From positions 1,632,001-1,696,000 of the forward strand of contig OZ253449.1 of assembly GCA_965261345.1 (NCBI GenBank): a stretch of DNA of 64,000 nt, in the 5' to 3' direction. Positions 8,999 through 18,504 of this stretch are shown here, one piece after another. This DNA is from Chloroflexota bacterium (GTDB lineage: Bacteria > Chloroflexota > UBA11872 > VXNJ01). The number at the start of each line of letters is the position of its first letter. Position 1 is the first letter of the stretch. Both the position numbers and the translations under genes were made by a program. The notes beneath the pieces are model-generated. The model ran no database searches, was not told where the DNA came from, and saw only the letters and a program-made list of their open reading frames with translations.

Positions 8999-9513
8999 TG
9001 CCAAGACCGGCACATTGGGCTTTTACCGCGACCGCCGAGGGATTACCCAACGTCTTGCAAAGCCCCTGCAAAGTTGGGATCGCCGGTCGCGCTGCCGGAG
9101 CGCCGAAGGAGGAATTTACTGCCATTTGGGATACAGGAGCGACCCACAGCGCTATCACTCAGAAGGTGGTGGAAAGGTGCGGACTGCAGCCAACCGGCAG
9201 GATTCAAATAAGGCACGCTGGGATCGAAGAGAAACCTGACGAGACTGATACATATCTGGTCAACCTCGGTCTTCCTAACAACGTAATAATCGAGAGCATC
9301 ACGGTAAGTCGGGGCGGCTTCAGTGGTGGAGACGTGCTGATCGGCATGGACATCATCAACACGGGCGACTTTGCCATCACTCATGCGAACGGCCAGTCCA
9401 AGTTCTCGTTCCAGCTTCCTCCACAAGCCGACATTGACTTTGTGAAGGAGCAGCCCCTGCCTCCAGCCCGGAATCGGGCAGAACGTCGTTCAAGAAAGCG
9501 CAGGGGGAATTGA
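8998..9513 (+). CDS. Retropepsin-like (clan AA) aspartyl protease
   Basis: AIWDTGATHSAI catalytic motif and DVLIGMDII; basic C-terminal tail. Confidence 0.88.
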   Translation: MPRPAHWAFTATAEGLPNVLQSPCKVGIAGRAAGAPKEEFTAIWDTGATHSAITQKVVERCGLQPTGRIQIRHAGIEEKPDETDTYLVNLGLPNNVIIESITVSRGGFSGGDVLIGMDIINTGDFAITHANGQSKFSFQLPPQADIDFVKEQPLPPARNRAERRSRKRRGN

Positions 9514-9944
9514 CGAAGTAGGCGTCAACTCCCGGTAAGTAAGCCGCCGCCCAACCATTCCGCGCCACTGGCTCGACAGAGGCCGGTTATGCCCAAATGG
9601 ATACGGTTTCTGTGTACTCGGCTTGCAATGAGCGATGGCGGCGTTAACGCTAAATTGCTGAAACCCTGCCAGGGCCAGTTTCGCATGGTGTTGTAGCCAT
9701 GAATCGACACCATTTACTAGGCTCCCGGTGGGGACCGGGCGGGAGGCGGAAAGGCGACTGCCAGGCGCTGAATAAATGAGTCAAGATTCGGTGATCGTAT
9801 ACGCTTTGCTGCGGTTGGAGCGGCGGATGCAGCAGGCCAAATCGCGCGTCGAATGAAGCCCATTGGAATTGACGCAGGACCGTCGATTTCCCGTTCAGGT
9901 TGACGCGCTTGCATCTTCCCGGCCGTAGCCTCCCGACCGAAGAT

Positions 9945-11075
9945 TTACACCGCAAACTCGGCTAGCATCGTTTCGTTGATTTCAACCCCCAAACCGGGCC
10001 CGTCGGGTACCGGAACGCAGCCCTGAGCGTCGATACGCAGGGGCTCGCGGACAACGCCATAGAGCTGCTGATACGATCCGATAGTTCGCCATGGAGGGTC
10101 GATGATGTACTCGACCCACGGGCAATTGGAGACGGTGGCGCACAGCTGCATGTGAGCAGCCAGGGCAATGCCATTAGCCCCGTGGTGCGGAATGAACAAT
10201 TTGCCCGCCCGCTCGCATGCGGCCGCAACTTTGCGCAATTGCCACAGGCCTTCGCTGGTGGTGGCATCCGGTTGCAAGATGTCGTATGCGCCGGTGTCTA
10301 GCATCCAATAGAACTCGTGCAATCCATGGTTGCCTTCACCGCCGGCGATTTTCAATTCGACCGAGTCCGTCAGTCGCGCGATCGCCTCGTAGTCGTATCT
10401 AGCCAACGGTTCCTCTAACCAAACGACGCCCAGCTCCTCGTAGGCACGCGCAGTGGCCAATGCGCGATCGAAGTCCCAGAAGGTCGGGTCACTAGGGTTC
10501 TTGGCCGCCCCAGAGGCCGATCCGGCTTGATTGGCGTCCACCATGATCTCCATTCGTGCGCCAACCGCCGCACGCACCGCGGCGACCATTTCAATGTCTT
10601 CTTCCATGGTCAGGTCATGTGCTCGCAATTTGATCGCCCGAAAGCCCTTTTCGAGCATCTTCAACGCGTCGTCGGCGCGCTCTTGGGGTGAGCGCCGGGC
10701 CACGACCGACGCGTAGGCCGGAATGCTATCGCGGTAGCGTCCCCACAGCTTGCTCAGCGGCAATCCGGCGGCCTTGCCGACCAAATCGCAAAGGGCCATC
10801 TCGACGATCCAGGCGCCGCCGGCGTAGCGGGTGACATTGGCCAGGCGCTCAACCGCGAACGCGTCCTGCCCGATCAGATGCGGGGCGGCCAACCTATTGA
10901 TTGATTGCGCCTGATCGAATCCGGAAGCACCCCAACCGACCAAACCATCTTCGGTTTCGATTCGCACCACCGTCACATCGCGCTCACGCTGAATTAACCC
11001 AGGTTCCCAGGCGGATTCAAATTCAACTGGGTACGGGACCTTAAGCAGCGTCGCCTGGACGTCTTTTATCTTCAT
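9945..11075 (-). CDS. Mandelate racemase / muconate lactonizing enzyme family (enolase superfamily)
   Basis: IETEDGLVGWG, DLVGKAAGLP, KLR, MVDANQ, WLEEP, GGE, DILQPD; likely start MKIKDV at 11075. Confidence 0.92.
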   Translation of the reverse strand: MKIKDVQATLLKVPYPVEFESAWEPGLIQRERDVTVVRIETEDGLVGWGASGFDQAQSINRLAAPHLIGQDAFAVERLANVTRYAGGAWIVEMALCDLVGKAAGLPLSKLWGRYRDSIPAYASVVARRSPQERADDALKMLEKGFRAIKLRAHDLTMEEDIEMVAAVRAAVGARMEIMVDANQAGSASGAAKNPSDPTFWDFDRALATARAYEELGVVWLEEPLARYDYEAIARLTDSVELKIAGGEGNHGLHEFYWMLDTGAYDILQPDATTSEGLWQLRKVAAACERAGKLFIPHHGANGIALAAHMQLCATVSNCPWVEYIIDPPWRTIGSYQQLYGVVREPLRIDAQGCVPVPDGPGLGVEINETMLAEFAV

Positions 11076-11280
11076 TCGCGTTCGCGTGTCCTCGTGACCT
11101 GGATGCCCATAATGTCGCCTTTTTTCTATTAAATCAATCGCTACCGATGGCAACGCATCGATGCAGCCCGGCGATGGCAAGGAATGACAAAGGCTCAAGC
11201 GCTACGTTACCTTCTCCTACCCAAGGCTTCATGCTCCCACGGAAGCCCTTTGGCCAGATCTGAGAAATTCGATGTCCGGG

Positions 11281-12204
11281 TTAATGCCCACCGGGCAGGT
11301 GGGAGAGATATTGGGCAACGTAATCCATGCTTGCCAAGTCGCTAAAGGCCGTCATCAACCGCCCTGTTACCGGACCAGGAATTGCGCCACTGCCGATGGT
11401 TGTTCCATTGACTGCCGAAATCGGGCAGATGCACAGGCTAGTGGAGGTAAGAAATGCTTCGTCGGCGGTATAGGCGTCAAATAGGTCGAGATCCCGTTCG
11501 GCAATCGACATACCCAGGCCGGTGGCCAATTCCAGGACAACATTGCGAGTGATGCCTCCCAGCACGAATCGGCCCTGGGGCGTGGCGACCTGGCCGTCTT
11601 TTATCAGGAAGATGTTGCTGCCCTTGCCCTCGGTAAGATTGCCGTCCTCATCTAGCAACACCGCCCAGGCTTCGGGGTCGATTTCCTGGACCTCAAGTTC
11701 GCCCATGATCAAGTTCAGGTAATTGTGGGTCTTGGCGCGGGGGCTAAAAAACCGCGGCGGCACTCGCGGCACCGACGGTGTCCCGACCTTTATTCCGTCT
11801 CGGTACAGGGAGGCCCGTACGGCGAACGGAATGGGGCGGGTTTCGATAAGGACGGTCGGGCGCATTACCGCACCGAGCTTGGAAGATTCCTCGCCCCGCG
11901 TGATGCGCTGCGAGACCCACAGGTCCTGGCCGCGCGGCAGCAACGGGTAATTGTGGTTGGCGACCGCCAGCGACCACCGCTCCATTTCGGCCCGGTCCAA
12001 CCCAGGGTCGATTCGCAGATAACGGAGGGAATCGTAGAGCCGGTCAATGTGCTCGCGCAGTTTGAAGGGCCGGCCGCCAAACGTGCGGGTGGCGTCGAAA
12101 ACAGCGTCACCGTAGATGAAACCTCGATCCCGAATGGAAATGCCCACTTGGTTTTCCGGCTTCAGCTCGCCGTTGAAGTAGACGACATTTTGCTGGTCAA
12201 ACAT
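11281..12204 (-). CDS. PLP-dependent aminotransferase class IV (IlvE / D-amino-acid aminotransferase-like)
   Basis: DRGFIYGDAVF, HIDRL, AKTHNYL, EGKGSNIF, LGGITR, ADEAFLTST. Confidence 0.92.
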   Translation of the reverse strand: MFDQQNVVYFNGELKPENQVGISIRDRGFIYGDAVFDATRTFGGRPFKLREHIDRLYDSLRYLRIDPGLDRAEMERWSLAVANHNYPLLPRGQDLWVSQRITRGEESSKLGAVMRPTVLIETRPIPFAVRASLYRDGIKVGTPSVPRVPPRFFSPRAKTHNYLNLIMGELEVQEIDPEAWAVLLDEDGNLTEGKGSNIFLIKDGQVATPQGRFVLGGITRNVVLELATGLGMSIAERDLDLFDAYTADEAFLTSTSLCICPISAVNGTTIGSGAIPGPVTGRLMTAFSDLASMDYVAQYLSHLPGGH

Positions 12205-12572
12205 AGCGTTGCCTCAAGGTGCCGAAATGATCTGTCACTCTGAAACCCAGCGTAGCGCAAGCGGGCTGGGCCGAGAGAATCTATCCCGGCTTGTCGATTC
12301 GGCCCGCCATCGCTGCTGGAGGCCTGTGCGCTGAGAACGCGCCAAGAGTTGACCGTACCGCCAATCGAAGAGTCTTACTGTCGGTACCGGGATTTGCCTG
12401 GCGGGACCGTCAATGCCAGGCCAATTTGGCAGCGTGGCTGGGTCGACAACTTTGATGGCCTCCCATTCACCACCACCGGCCTCAGCGGTGGGCGCACGCA
12501 AAATTCCGCGCGGCAAATAAAATCTTGATGGGCCTTTTGGGCCCGCAGCTCCGCATCCACTGGAATGAGTCC

Positions 12573-13814
12573 TTGAGCCAACCAATCGCGATTACCGGAA
12601 TTGGCCTGGTTACACCGCTGGGCCACGACCCGGACACGCTCATGGGCGCCTTGATGGCCGGCACGAGCGCGATTGAGCGAATCGACTACTTTGACCCGTC
12701 CCCTTATTCGTGCCAGCTGGCGGCCCAAGTTCGAAATTACGACGCCAAAGGGATCATGGGGCGCGACTACCGTCGATCCGATGCGTTCGTTCACTTCGCG
12801 GTAGGCGCCGCCCGCGCGGCGGCCGCAGATTCCGGTCTGGACTTTGACAACGACGAGGAATTAAAGCTAAAAACCGGGGTTTATGTAGGTTCAGGGATCG
12901 GCGGCCTGGCCACGCTCTTTGCCCAGACCAAGGTCCATGAAGATCGGGGCACGCGCCGCGTTACACCATTTCTGGTGCCGATGATGATTGCGAATATGGC
13001 CTCCGGCCAGGTGGCCATCGATCTGGGCCTCCAAGGCCCGAATATGGCTCATGTATCAGCCTGCGCATCCTCGGCGCACTCTATCGGAGAGGCCGCCCAG
13101 GCCCTTACCGTTGGAAGTTGCGATGTCATATTGGCCGGTGGAGCCGAGGCGGCGATCACGCCCATTGGACTGTCGGGCTTCACCCAGGGCAGGGCGATGT
13201 CGACCCACTTCAACGAGTCCCCGCACCGGGCCTCGCGTCCGTTCGACGGACTGCGCGACGGATTTGTGGCGGCCGAAGGCGCCGGGGTTTTTGTGATGGA
13301 AACCATGGAACACGCCCGGGCCCGCGGCGCGCGCATATACGCTGTCGTTTCAGGTTACGGATCGTCCGCGGATGCGTTCCACATAACCGCGCCGCCCGAG
13401 GATGGATCCGGCGCCGCTTTGGCAATGCGGCGGGCATTAGATAGCGCCGGGATGAATCCGGAGCAGATTGATTACATAAACGCCCACGGCACCTCAACTC
13501 CGATCGGGGACATCGCCGAAACCCGGGCGATTCACCAGGTCTTCGGCGACCATGCCCGCTCGCTGGTCGTCAATTCCACCAAATCGATGATTGGCCACAT
13601 GATCGGAGCGGCCGGTGTCGTCGAAGCCGCCGTCGGAGTTCTTTCGATGCGGGCCGGTCAGGTGCACGCGACGATCAACCAAGAAGAACCCGATCCAGCC
13701 TGCGACCTCGACTACGTACCCAACCAGCCGCGCGACCTGCAGATCAGGCACTTCATTTCCAACTCCTTTGGCTTTGGCGGCCACAATGTCTCGCTGGTGT
13801 TTGGCCGCGCCTGA
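12573..13814 (+). CDS. fabF: Beta-ketoacyl-ACP synthase II
   Basis: ITGIGLVTPLG, SACASS, NAHGTST, KSMIGH, NSFGFGGHN; likely TTG start at 12573. Confidence 0.95.
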   Translation: MSQPIAITGIGLVTPLGHDPDTLMGALMAGTSAIERIDYFDPSPYSCQLAAQVRNYDAKGIMGRDYRRSDAFVHFAVGAARAAAADSGLDFDNDEELKLKTGVYVGSGIGGLATLFAQTKVHEDRGTRRVTPFLVPMMIANMASGQVAIDLGLQGPNMAHVSACASSAHSIGEAAQALTVGSCDVILAGGAEAAITPIGLSGFTQGRAMSTHFNESPHRASRPFDGLRDGFVAAEGAGVFVMETMEHARARGARIYAVVSGYGSSADAFHITAPPEDGSGAALAMRRALDSAGMNPEQIDYINAHGTSTPIGDIAETRAIHQVFGDHARSLVVNSTKSMIGHMIGAAGVVEAAVGVLSMRAGQVHATINQEEPDPACDLDYVPNQPRDLQIRHFISNSFGFGGHNVSLVFGRA

Positions 13815-13842
13815 ACATCGCCTGCCGGCGGGTGCCTAGACA

Positions 13843-14259
13843 TTGGCTGAAATAAGGCTGCTGCTCACCGACCTGCTGGAAAAGATCGCGGGAACCCCCA
13901 TCTCCGAAATCGAGGTGCAGCTGGGCGAATTGACCCTTGGCGTAAAACGCCGCAGCGGGAGTGCCGCGGAGACCACGGCGTCGGTTGATCCGCATCCAGA
14001 ATCTGAGCCGGAACCGGAATTGGTGAGCGTTGATTCGCCGATCGCTGGGATTTTTTATGCCTCGGCTTCGCCAACCGAGCCCGCCTACGTTAGCGTTGGC
14101 GATGAAATCGCACCCGGCCAAACCGTTGGACTGGTGGAGGCGATGAAGGTCTTTAACGAAATAGTCTCGACCCAGGCCGGCACGGTTGTTAGTGTTGCCA
14201 AAACCGGTACCGAGGTTCAGAAGGGAACTGCGGTGGTGGAAATGGAGCCAACCGGGTGA
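13843..14259 (+). CDS. accB: Acetyl-CoA carboxylase biotin carboxyl carrier protein
   Basis: SPIAGIFY and EAMKVFNEI biotinylation motif. Confidence 0.93.
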   Translation: MAEIRLLLTDLLEKIAGTPISEIEVQLGELTLGVKRRSGSAAETTASVDPHPESEPEPELVSVDSPIAGIFYASASPTEPAYVSVGDEIAPGQTVGLVEAMKVFNEIVSTQAGTVVSVAKTGTEVQKGTAVVEMEPTG

Positions 14260-14323
14260 CTCGAACCGAACCTACAGGTTGAATCTGCTCTCTAAATTGA
14301 CCGACAAGGCGACGGATTACTAG

Positions 14324-15031
14324 ATGATTTCCCAACCGCGGCTATTGGCAGTTCCTAGTCCACTGATCGTGCGGGCGCTGCCGACCGGCGGCATATTGCG
14401 CGACATAATCTCGATCGTGGCCGGGTCGGTACTCCTAGCTCTCTGCGCCCAGATTTCGATCCCGTTGCCATTTACTCCGGTGCCGATCACCGGTCAGACT
14501 TTCGCGGTACTGCTAATTGGGGCTTCACTCGGGTCGGGACGCGGCGCGGCGGCGGTAATCCTGTACCTGATTGAGGGCGTCGCCGGTTTGCCATTCTTCG
14601 CCCCTACCGGTGGAATGTTTACCTACGGCTACCTGGCCGGCTTCGTGCCCGCCGCGTTCGTTGCCGGTTGGCTCTGCGAGCGGGGTTGGGATCGCAGTTT
14701 TCTGCTCTCGCTCATCGCACTATTGATTGGCAACGCCGTCATTTACGCAGTCGGCTTGCCCTGGCTGGCTTCGGCCTACGGCCTGCTCGGCGCCGGCGTT
14801 GCGATCCCATCTTCGATCCCTCAGTTCTGGCAAGATGTTCTGGCCTTTGGGCAGATCGGTTTCCTGCGCGGCGACCTGGTAGTTCAAGCCGTAAACGGCG
14901 GCCTCCTGCCATTCATCCCGGGCGATCTAATCAAGGCGATTCTGGCCGCCGCAATATTGCCGGGGGCTGCCGCCACGGTTCGGCACTGGCATCGGGGCGA
15001 TGATCTAAAAAGCCTGATCGGTGCCAACTAG
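14324..15031 (+). CDS. bioY: Biotin transporter BioY
   Basis: PFTPVPITGQTFAV, GLPFF, GYLAGF, PFIPGDLIK. Confidence 0.92.
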   Translation: MISQPRLLAVPSPLIVRALPTGGILRDIISIVAGSVLLALCAQISIPLPFTPVPITGQTFAVLLIGASLGSGRGAAAVILYLIEGVAGLPFFAPTGGMFTYGYLAGFVPAAFVAGWLCERGWDRSFLLSLIALLIGNAVIYAVGLPWLASAYGLLGAGVAIPSSIPQFWQDVLAFGQIGFLRGDLVVQAVNGGLLPFIPGDLIKAILAAAILPGAAATVRHWHRGDDLKSLIGAN

Positions 15032-15239
15032 ACTAGTTTGCCGGCCCCAACTAGGTTGTCGCGGGGGTTGCAATTGCCGCTGAGCGGCCCAAAAAGTGCT
15101 GACCATCAAATTGAGCCAGGCACGCTCCCCTAGCGCCAGGTCTTCCCAATTGGGTCAATCGAGCGCAGGGATCGCCGCGGTCCAAGTTTTGGTCATTTAC
15201 GCTTAAGGATCCGGACCGGCCGGTAGGCCGCGCAACCAC

Positions 15240-17315
15240 CTAGAAACCAGGCCGAAAAGCCCAAAACGCGCGTCGGGGCTCAAACAGATTAGCAATGACC
15301 TCGAAGACCTCCCTGAGGCCGCCAAACCGATTTAGGACACTCTGGATCGATATTTCGTGGGAATTCTGGGCCCATGCAACGATCGCGCCGGCGGCAACCG
15401 CATTTTTAAGACCCCGCGCCAAATCCCGATTCGCAGGTCCTTCCATTACCGGCGCAGAAGCTACTTCCCGGCCTTCGGCGACCCCGTTCCGATTGCCCTC
15501 CATCGCCATCTGCGCCGCCTCCCGGCCGTTTGCGGCGGCCGCGGTCAGCCCGGCTTCCCGGCCCGGGTCGGTTCCCGAGGGTTTCCTTTTCCACGACTCC
15601 CCTTCGGCAAGCGTTAGGTTGGCCACCGTGGCCGCCATCAGCAGCTGGAACCCGGCAAGTTGCCTGCCAAAGAACCGCGACTGGCGCACGCCCAGCTGGC
15701 AGAGCCTGGCCAGGCGGTGCTCGACGCGGGTTCTAAGGCGCGCGATCTTTAAGCCTTCCTTACTGCGCTGGCGGATGCGGGCCTGCTGCAGCAGGCGTTC
15801 CTGGGGATGGACGCTGATGCGGCGGTTGGGTTTGGTCGCAGAGCGTATGCAGGATCTCTTGAGCGGACAGGCCGAGCACTGCTCTTTAGCGAAGTGGAAG
15901 AGGCCGGCGCGTGTCTTGGCGCTGCGCCGGGAGCGCGAGCGGCGGTAATCGGAAGTTATCTGCCCGGCCGGGCAGGTGCAGGTTCCCTTTTCCAGATCGA
16001 TGGCAAAGTCCTGCTTTACAAAGTAGCGGCTGGCTGGTTTACCCGGCGCCCTGGCGAAGAGGTCGTACCCGGCGTCGGCGAAGTCCTTGCGGGTGTCGCC
16101 AGCCCCGTAGGCGCAGTCGCCGATGACGATCTCGACTTTGGCGGCGGCGTTCTCTTCGGCCTCCCGCACCAGCGCCAGGGCGCCGCAGTTGTCGGGGGCG
16201 TTGCCCGGGATCACGTCCACCGCGGTTACCAGGCCGGTTGACAAATCTACGGCGATGGCGGCCTTGTGGCCGGCAAAGCGGTTGGTCGAGCTCTTGCGTC
16301 CATGGCGCATCTGCGGATCGTGCGCCGATATGATCCGGTCGCGTCCGCCCCGGACGATCTCCACTTCCTCGCCATCTGCGCCGTCGGCCGAATCCCTGGC
16401 CGCGACACCCCTGTCTCTGACCGCCACCGGGGCGGGATCGACCTCGCCGGCGTCGGTTCTCGCCGGCAGCAGCAGCCGATCGCGGTCGTCGGGAACCGGT
16501 TTTGCCGGTTCCGCGGGGACGCGTTTTACGTCCTGGAGCAGGATCTGCGACAGCAGCTGCGAGCAGGCCAGGATCTTATCGGCGCGCTTATTGTCGGGAG
16601 CAGGGGATTCAAGCGCGCTGCGGGCCCTTGCCAGCAGCGAGTCGGCGTCTCTGACGATCCGCCCCAGGAACCGGCGGCGCTGTTTACGGTCCGACCAGTC
16701 GATGGCGACAGCGCCCTTCAGGCTCTTGCCGGCATGCAGGTTGTAGCCGTGTTGGCGGGCCCACTCTTTGGGGTCTTGGCCATCCTGTTCGGCCAGGGCG
16801 CCGACCAGCAGGCGGCAGCCGTCCCCGATCAGGTTGTAGGCGTCCCGCACCGCGCCCCTGCCCAGGATGGCGGTGGTATCGATCGCCAGCTTCATGCTCT
16901 GGCCCTTGAAGAAGCCCTTTTTGCGGGCGTGCTGCAGGGAGCGGCGAAATATCCCCCGCGCCCTGCCGTGAACGATCAGCTGCGAGCGAAACAGCTGCAA
17001 TGTGGACTTGGCGAACGCGCGTTCTTCCAGCTCGGTCCCCAGCGCCACCTTCCAGCGCAGGTCGTAGTCGGCCCGCTGCTTGGCCTCGTTGTCAGAGACC
17101 TTATCGTGGGCCTGCAGCAGGAGAACGGTGGCCAGCAGCGAGGGCGCCACGCTGGGGCGGCCGTTGTCGGCGCAGTAGAGATCGGCGAAATCTTCGTCTT
17201 TGAACAGCTCTCCCCGCATGCCCGCCAGGCGGCCGTAGAAGGTATCGCGTCCTACGTAGTCAAGGTGCAGGCCGTCGGTCGGGAAGAAGCCCTTTTGGGC
17301 ATGGGTCCCCAGCAT
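15240..17315 (-). CDS. IS1182-family transposase
   Basis: GRPSVAP, SDNEA..YDLRWKVALG, AIDTT, DPQMRHGRKS, GDCAYG, CPAG..CSACPLKRSC, RTRVE; RBS GGAG then ATG at 17315. Confidence 0.9.
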   Translation of the reverse strand: MLGTHAQKGFFPTDGLHLDYVGRDTFYGRLAGMRGELFKDEDFADLYCADNGRPSVAPSLLATVLLLQAHDKVSDNEAKQRADYDLRWKVALGTELEERAFAKSTLQLFRSQLIVHGRARGIFRRSLQHARKKGFFKGQSMKLAIDTTAILGRGAVRDAYNLIGDGCRLLVGALAEQDGQDPKEWARQHGYNLHAGKSLKGAVAIDWSDRKQRRRFLGRIVRDADSLLARARSALESPAPDNKRADKILACSQLLSQILLQDVKRVPAEPAKPVPDDRDRLLLPARTDAGEVDPAPVAVRDRGVAARDSADGADGEEVEIVRGGRDRIISAHDPQMRHGRKSSTNRFAGHKAAIAVDLSTGLVTAVDVIPGNAPDNCGALALVREAEENAAAKVEIVIGDCAYGAGDTRKDFADAGYDLFARAPGKPASRYFVKQDFAIDLEKGTCTCPAGQITSDYRRSRSRRSAKTRAGLFHFAKEQCSACPLKRSCIRSATKPNRRISVHPQERLLQQARIRQRSKEGLKIARLRTRVEHRLARLCQLGVRQSRFFGRQLAGFQLLMAATVANLTLAEGESWKRKPSGTDPGREAGLTAAAANGREAAQMAMEGNRNGVAEGREVASAPVMEGPANRDLARGLKNAVAAGAIVAWAQNSHEISIQSVLNRFGGLREVFEVIANLFEPRRAFWAFRPGF

Positions 17316-17436
17316 GTCTCCACCACCCGGCAATGCTATGTTTTTATCAATGGAAAGGCTCCGCAAGATGCCTGTTGATATTTTATATGTTTGATGACGG
17401 ATTAGCCCTTTGTACAGGGGCTTTTCGGCCGGGCTT
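15244..17436 (-). mobile_element. IS1182-family insertion sequence with a CTAG target duplication
   Basis: Inverted ends AAACCAGGCCGAAAAGCCC (15244-15262) and GGGCTTTTCGGCCGGGCTT (17418-17436), each flanked by CTAG (15240-15243 and 17437-17440). Confidence 0.88.
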
Positions 17437-18087
17437 CTAGAACATGCGCGCCTGGATCGAGGCCGCCACCGTAAATTCAATATCGCGAATAGCTTGGGTC
17501 ATCGCTCGACCGATCAGGTCCAATTTCCGCACCTGTTCAATTCGACCAGAGACCTGTTCCAGCTCGTGGCGTGCGAGGATCTCGCCAAAGATCCCGCAGG
17601 CGTCGGCAAGGCAAATGACCATGACGTCGCGCGGGTGCGGAATCTCGTCGCTAAATAGCACCCCCATGATGCGCAGTTTCACCTCGCGCTCGGCCTTGCC
17701 GTCAATTGCCGGGTAGCGCCGGGACTCAAACACCCACAGGAAACGGTCTTCGCGGCGGTCCAAGATTCCCTTGGCAACTAGCCGCGAAAGCGCCTCGTCG
17801 CGAATCTGGTCGGCGTGGTTGGCAATGCGCTCTAGCCAGAAGCTAACGTCGCGCTGCTCCCTACCCGCGATTTCGGCCAGGGCAGGATCGAGCAGACTGT
17901 CGCCCAGCGGGCTGGAATCGACTACCACCAGCTTCTCCAGATCAGTGTCGATGCGGTCCTCAATCGCCAGGTCCATCAAGACGGCCCCGGCGAGCGCATA
18001 GCTCAGCGACCAGCTGGGCACATTGGCGAATCGGCCGTCCTCGTCGCCGAGCAGTAAGAGGATGATCTCCTCAACAAATCTGAGCAT
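17437..18087 (-). CDS. GPP34 / GOLPH3-VPS74 family protein
   Basis: EEIILLLL, LAGAVLMDLAIEDRI, GDSLLDPAL, LVAKGIL..FLWVF..RYP. Confidence 0.85.
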   Translation of the reverse strand: MLRFVEEIILLLLGDEDGRFANVPSWSLSYALAGAVLMDLAIEDRIDTDLEKLVVVDSSPLGDSLLDPALAEIAGREQRDVSFWLERIANHADQIRDEALSRLVAKGILDRREDRFLWVFESRRYPAIDGKAEREVKLRIMGVLFSDEIPHPRDVMVICLADACGIFGEILARHELEQVSGRIEQVRKLDLIGRAMTQAIRDIEFTVAASIQARMF

Positions 18088-18504
18088 GTCGTTAGTTTTC
18101 CCAAGCGCTGAAATCGGTGCAATCCTAGAAGACTTTAACCGGCCCTGCAGGTTGCGACCTCATCTTTACCGACCGTTGCGGAGCTCGATTCCGAGTTGCC
18201 GCCGTTGGCCGGGCCCGGCGCCGAGCGCGGGGTGTTGGACATGGGCGATCATTTTTCCCGTCATCGCCGGTGGTCGGTGCCGCAGATCTGCCGCCGGTCG
18301 CCCAACGCTCGACCGTTTAGCGCTTTCTCGCTTGCCGCCGCAACCGTCCATTGGCATCATTGCCGGCGCCGTTTCGGTCACTTTGGCGCATGATATGAGA
18401 TTGCGCCGCGTTGCCCCGGTGGCCGGTAGCTGTTTGGCAGCCCGGTCCGGCCCGTGCGCGGCATTCAAGCTAAGCAAAATGTCGACTTTGACCCTGGAAC
18501 AGCG

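Noticed and set aside
16266-17378. 370-aa + strand ORF
   Set aside because: Antisense shadow of the GC-rich IS1182 transposase
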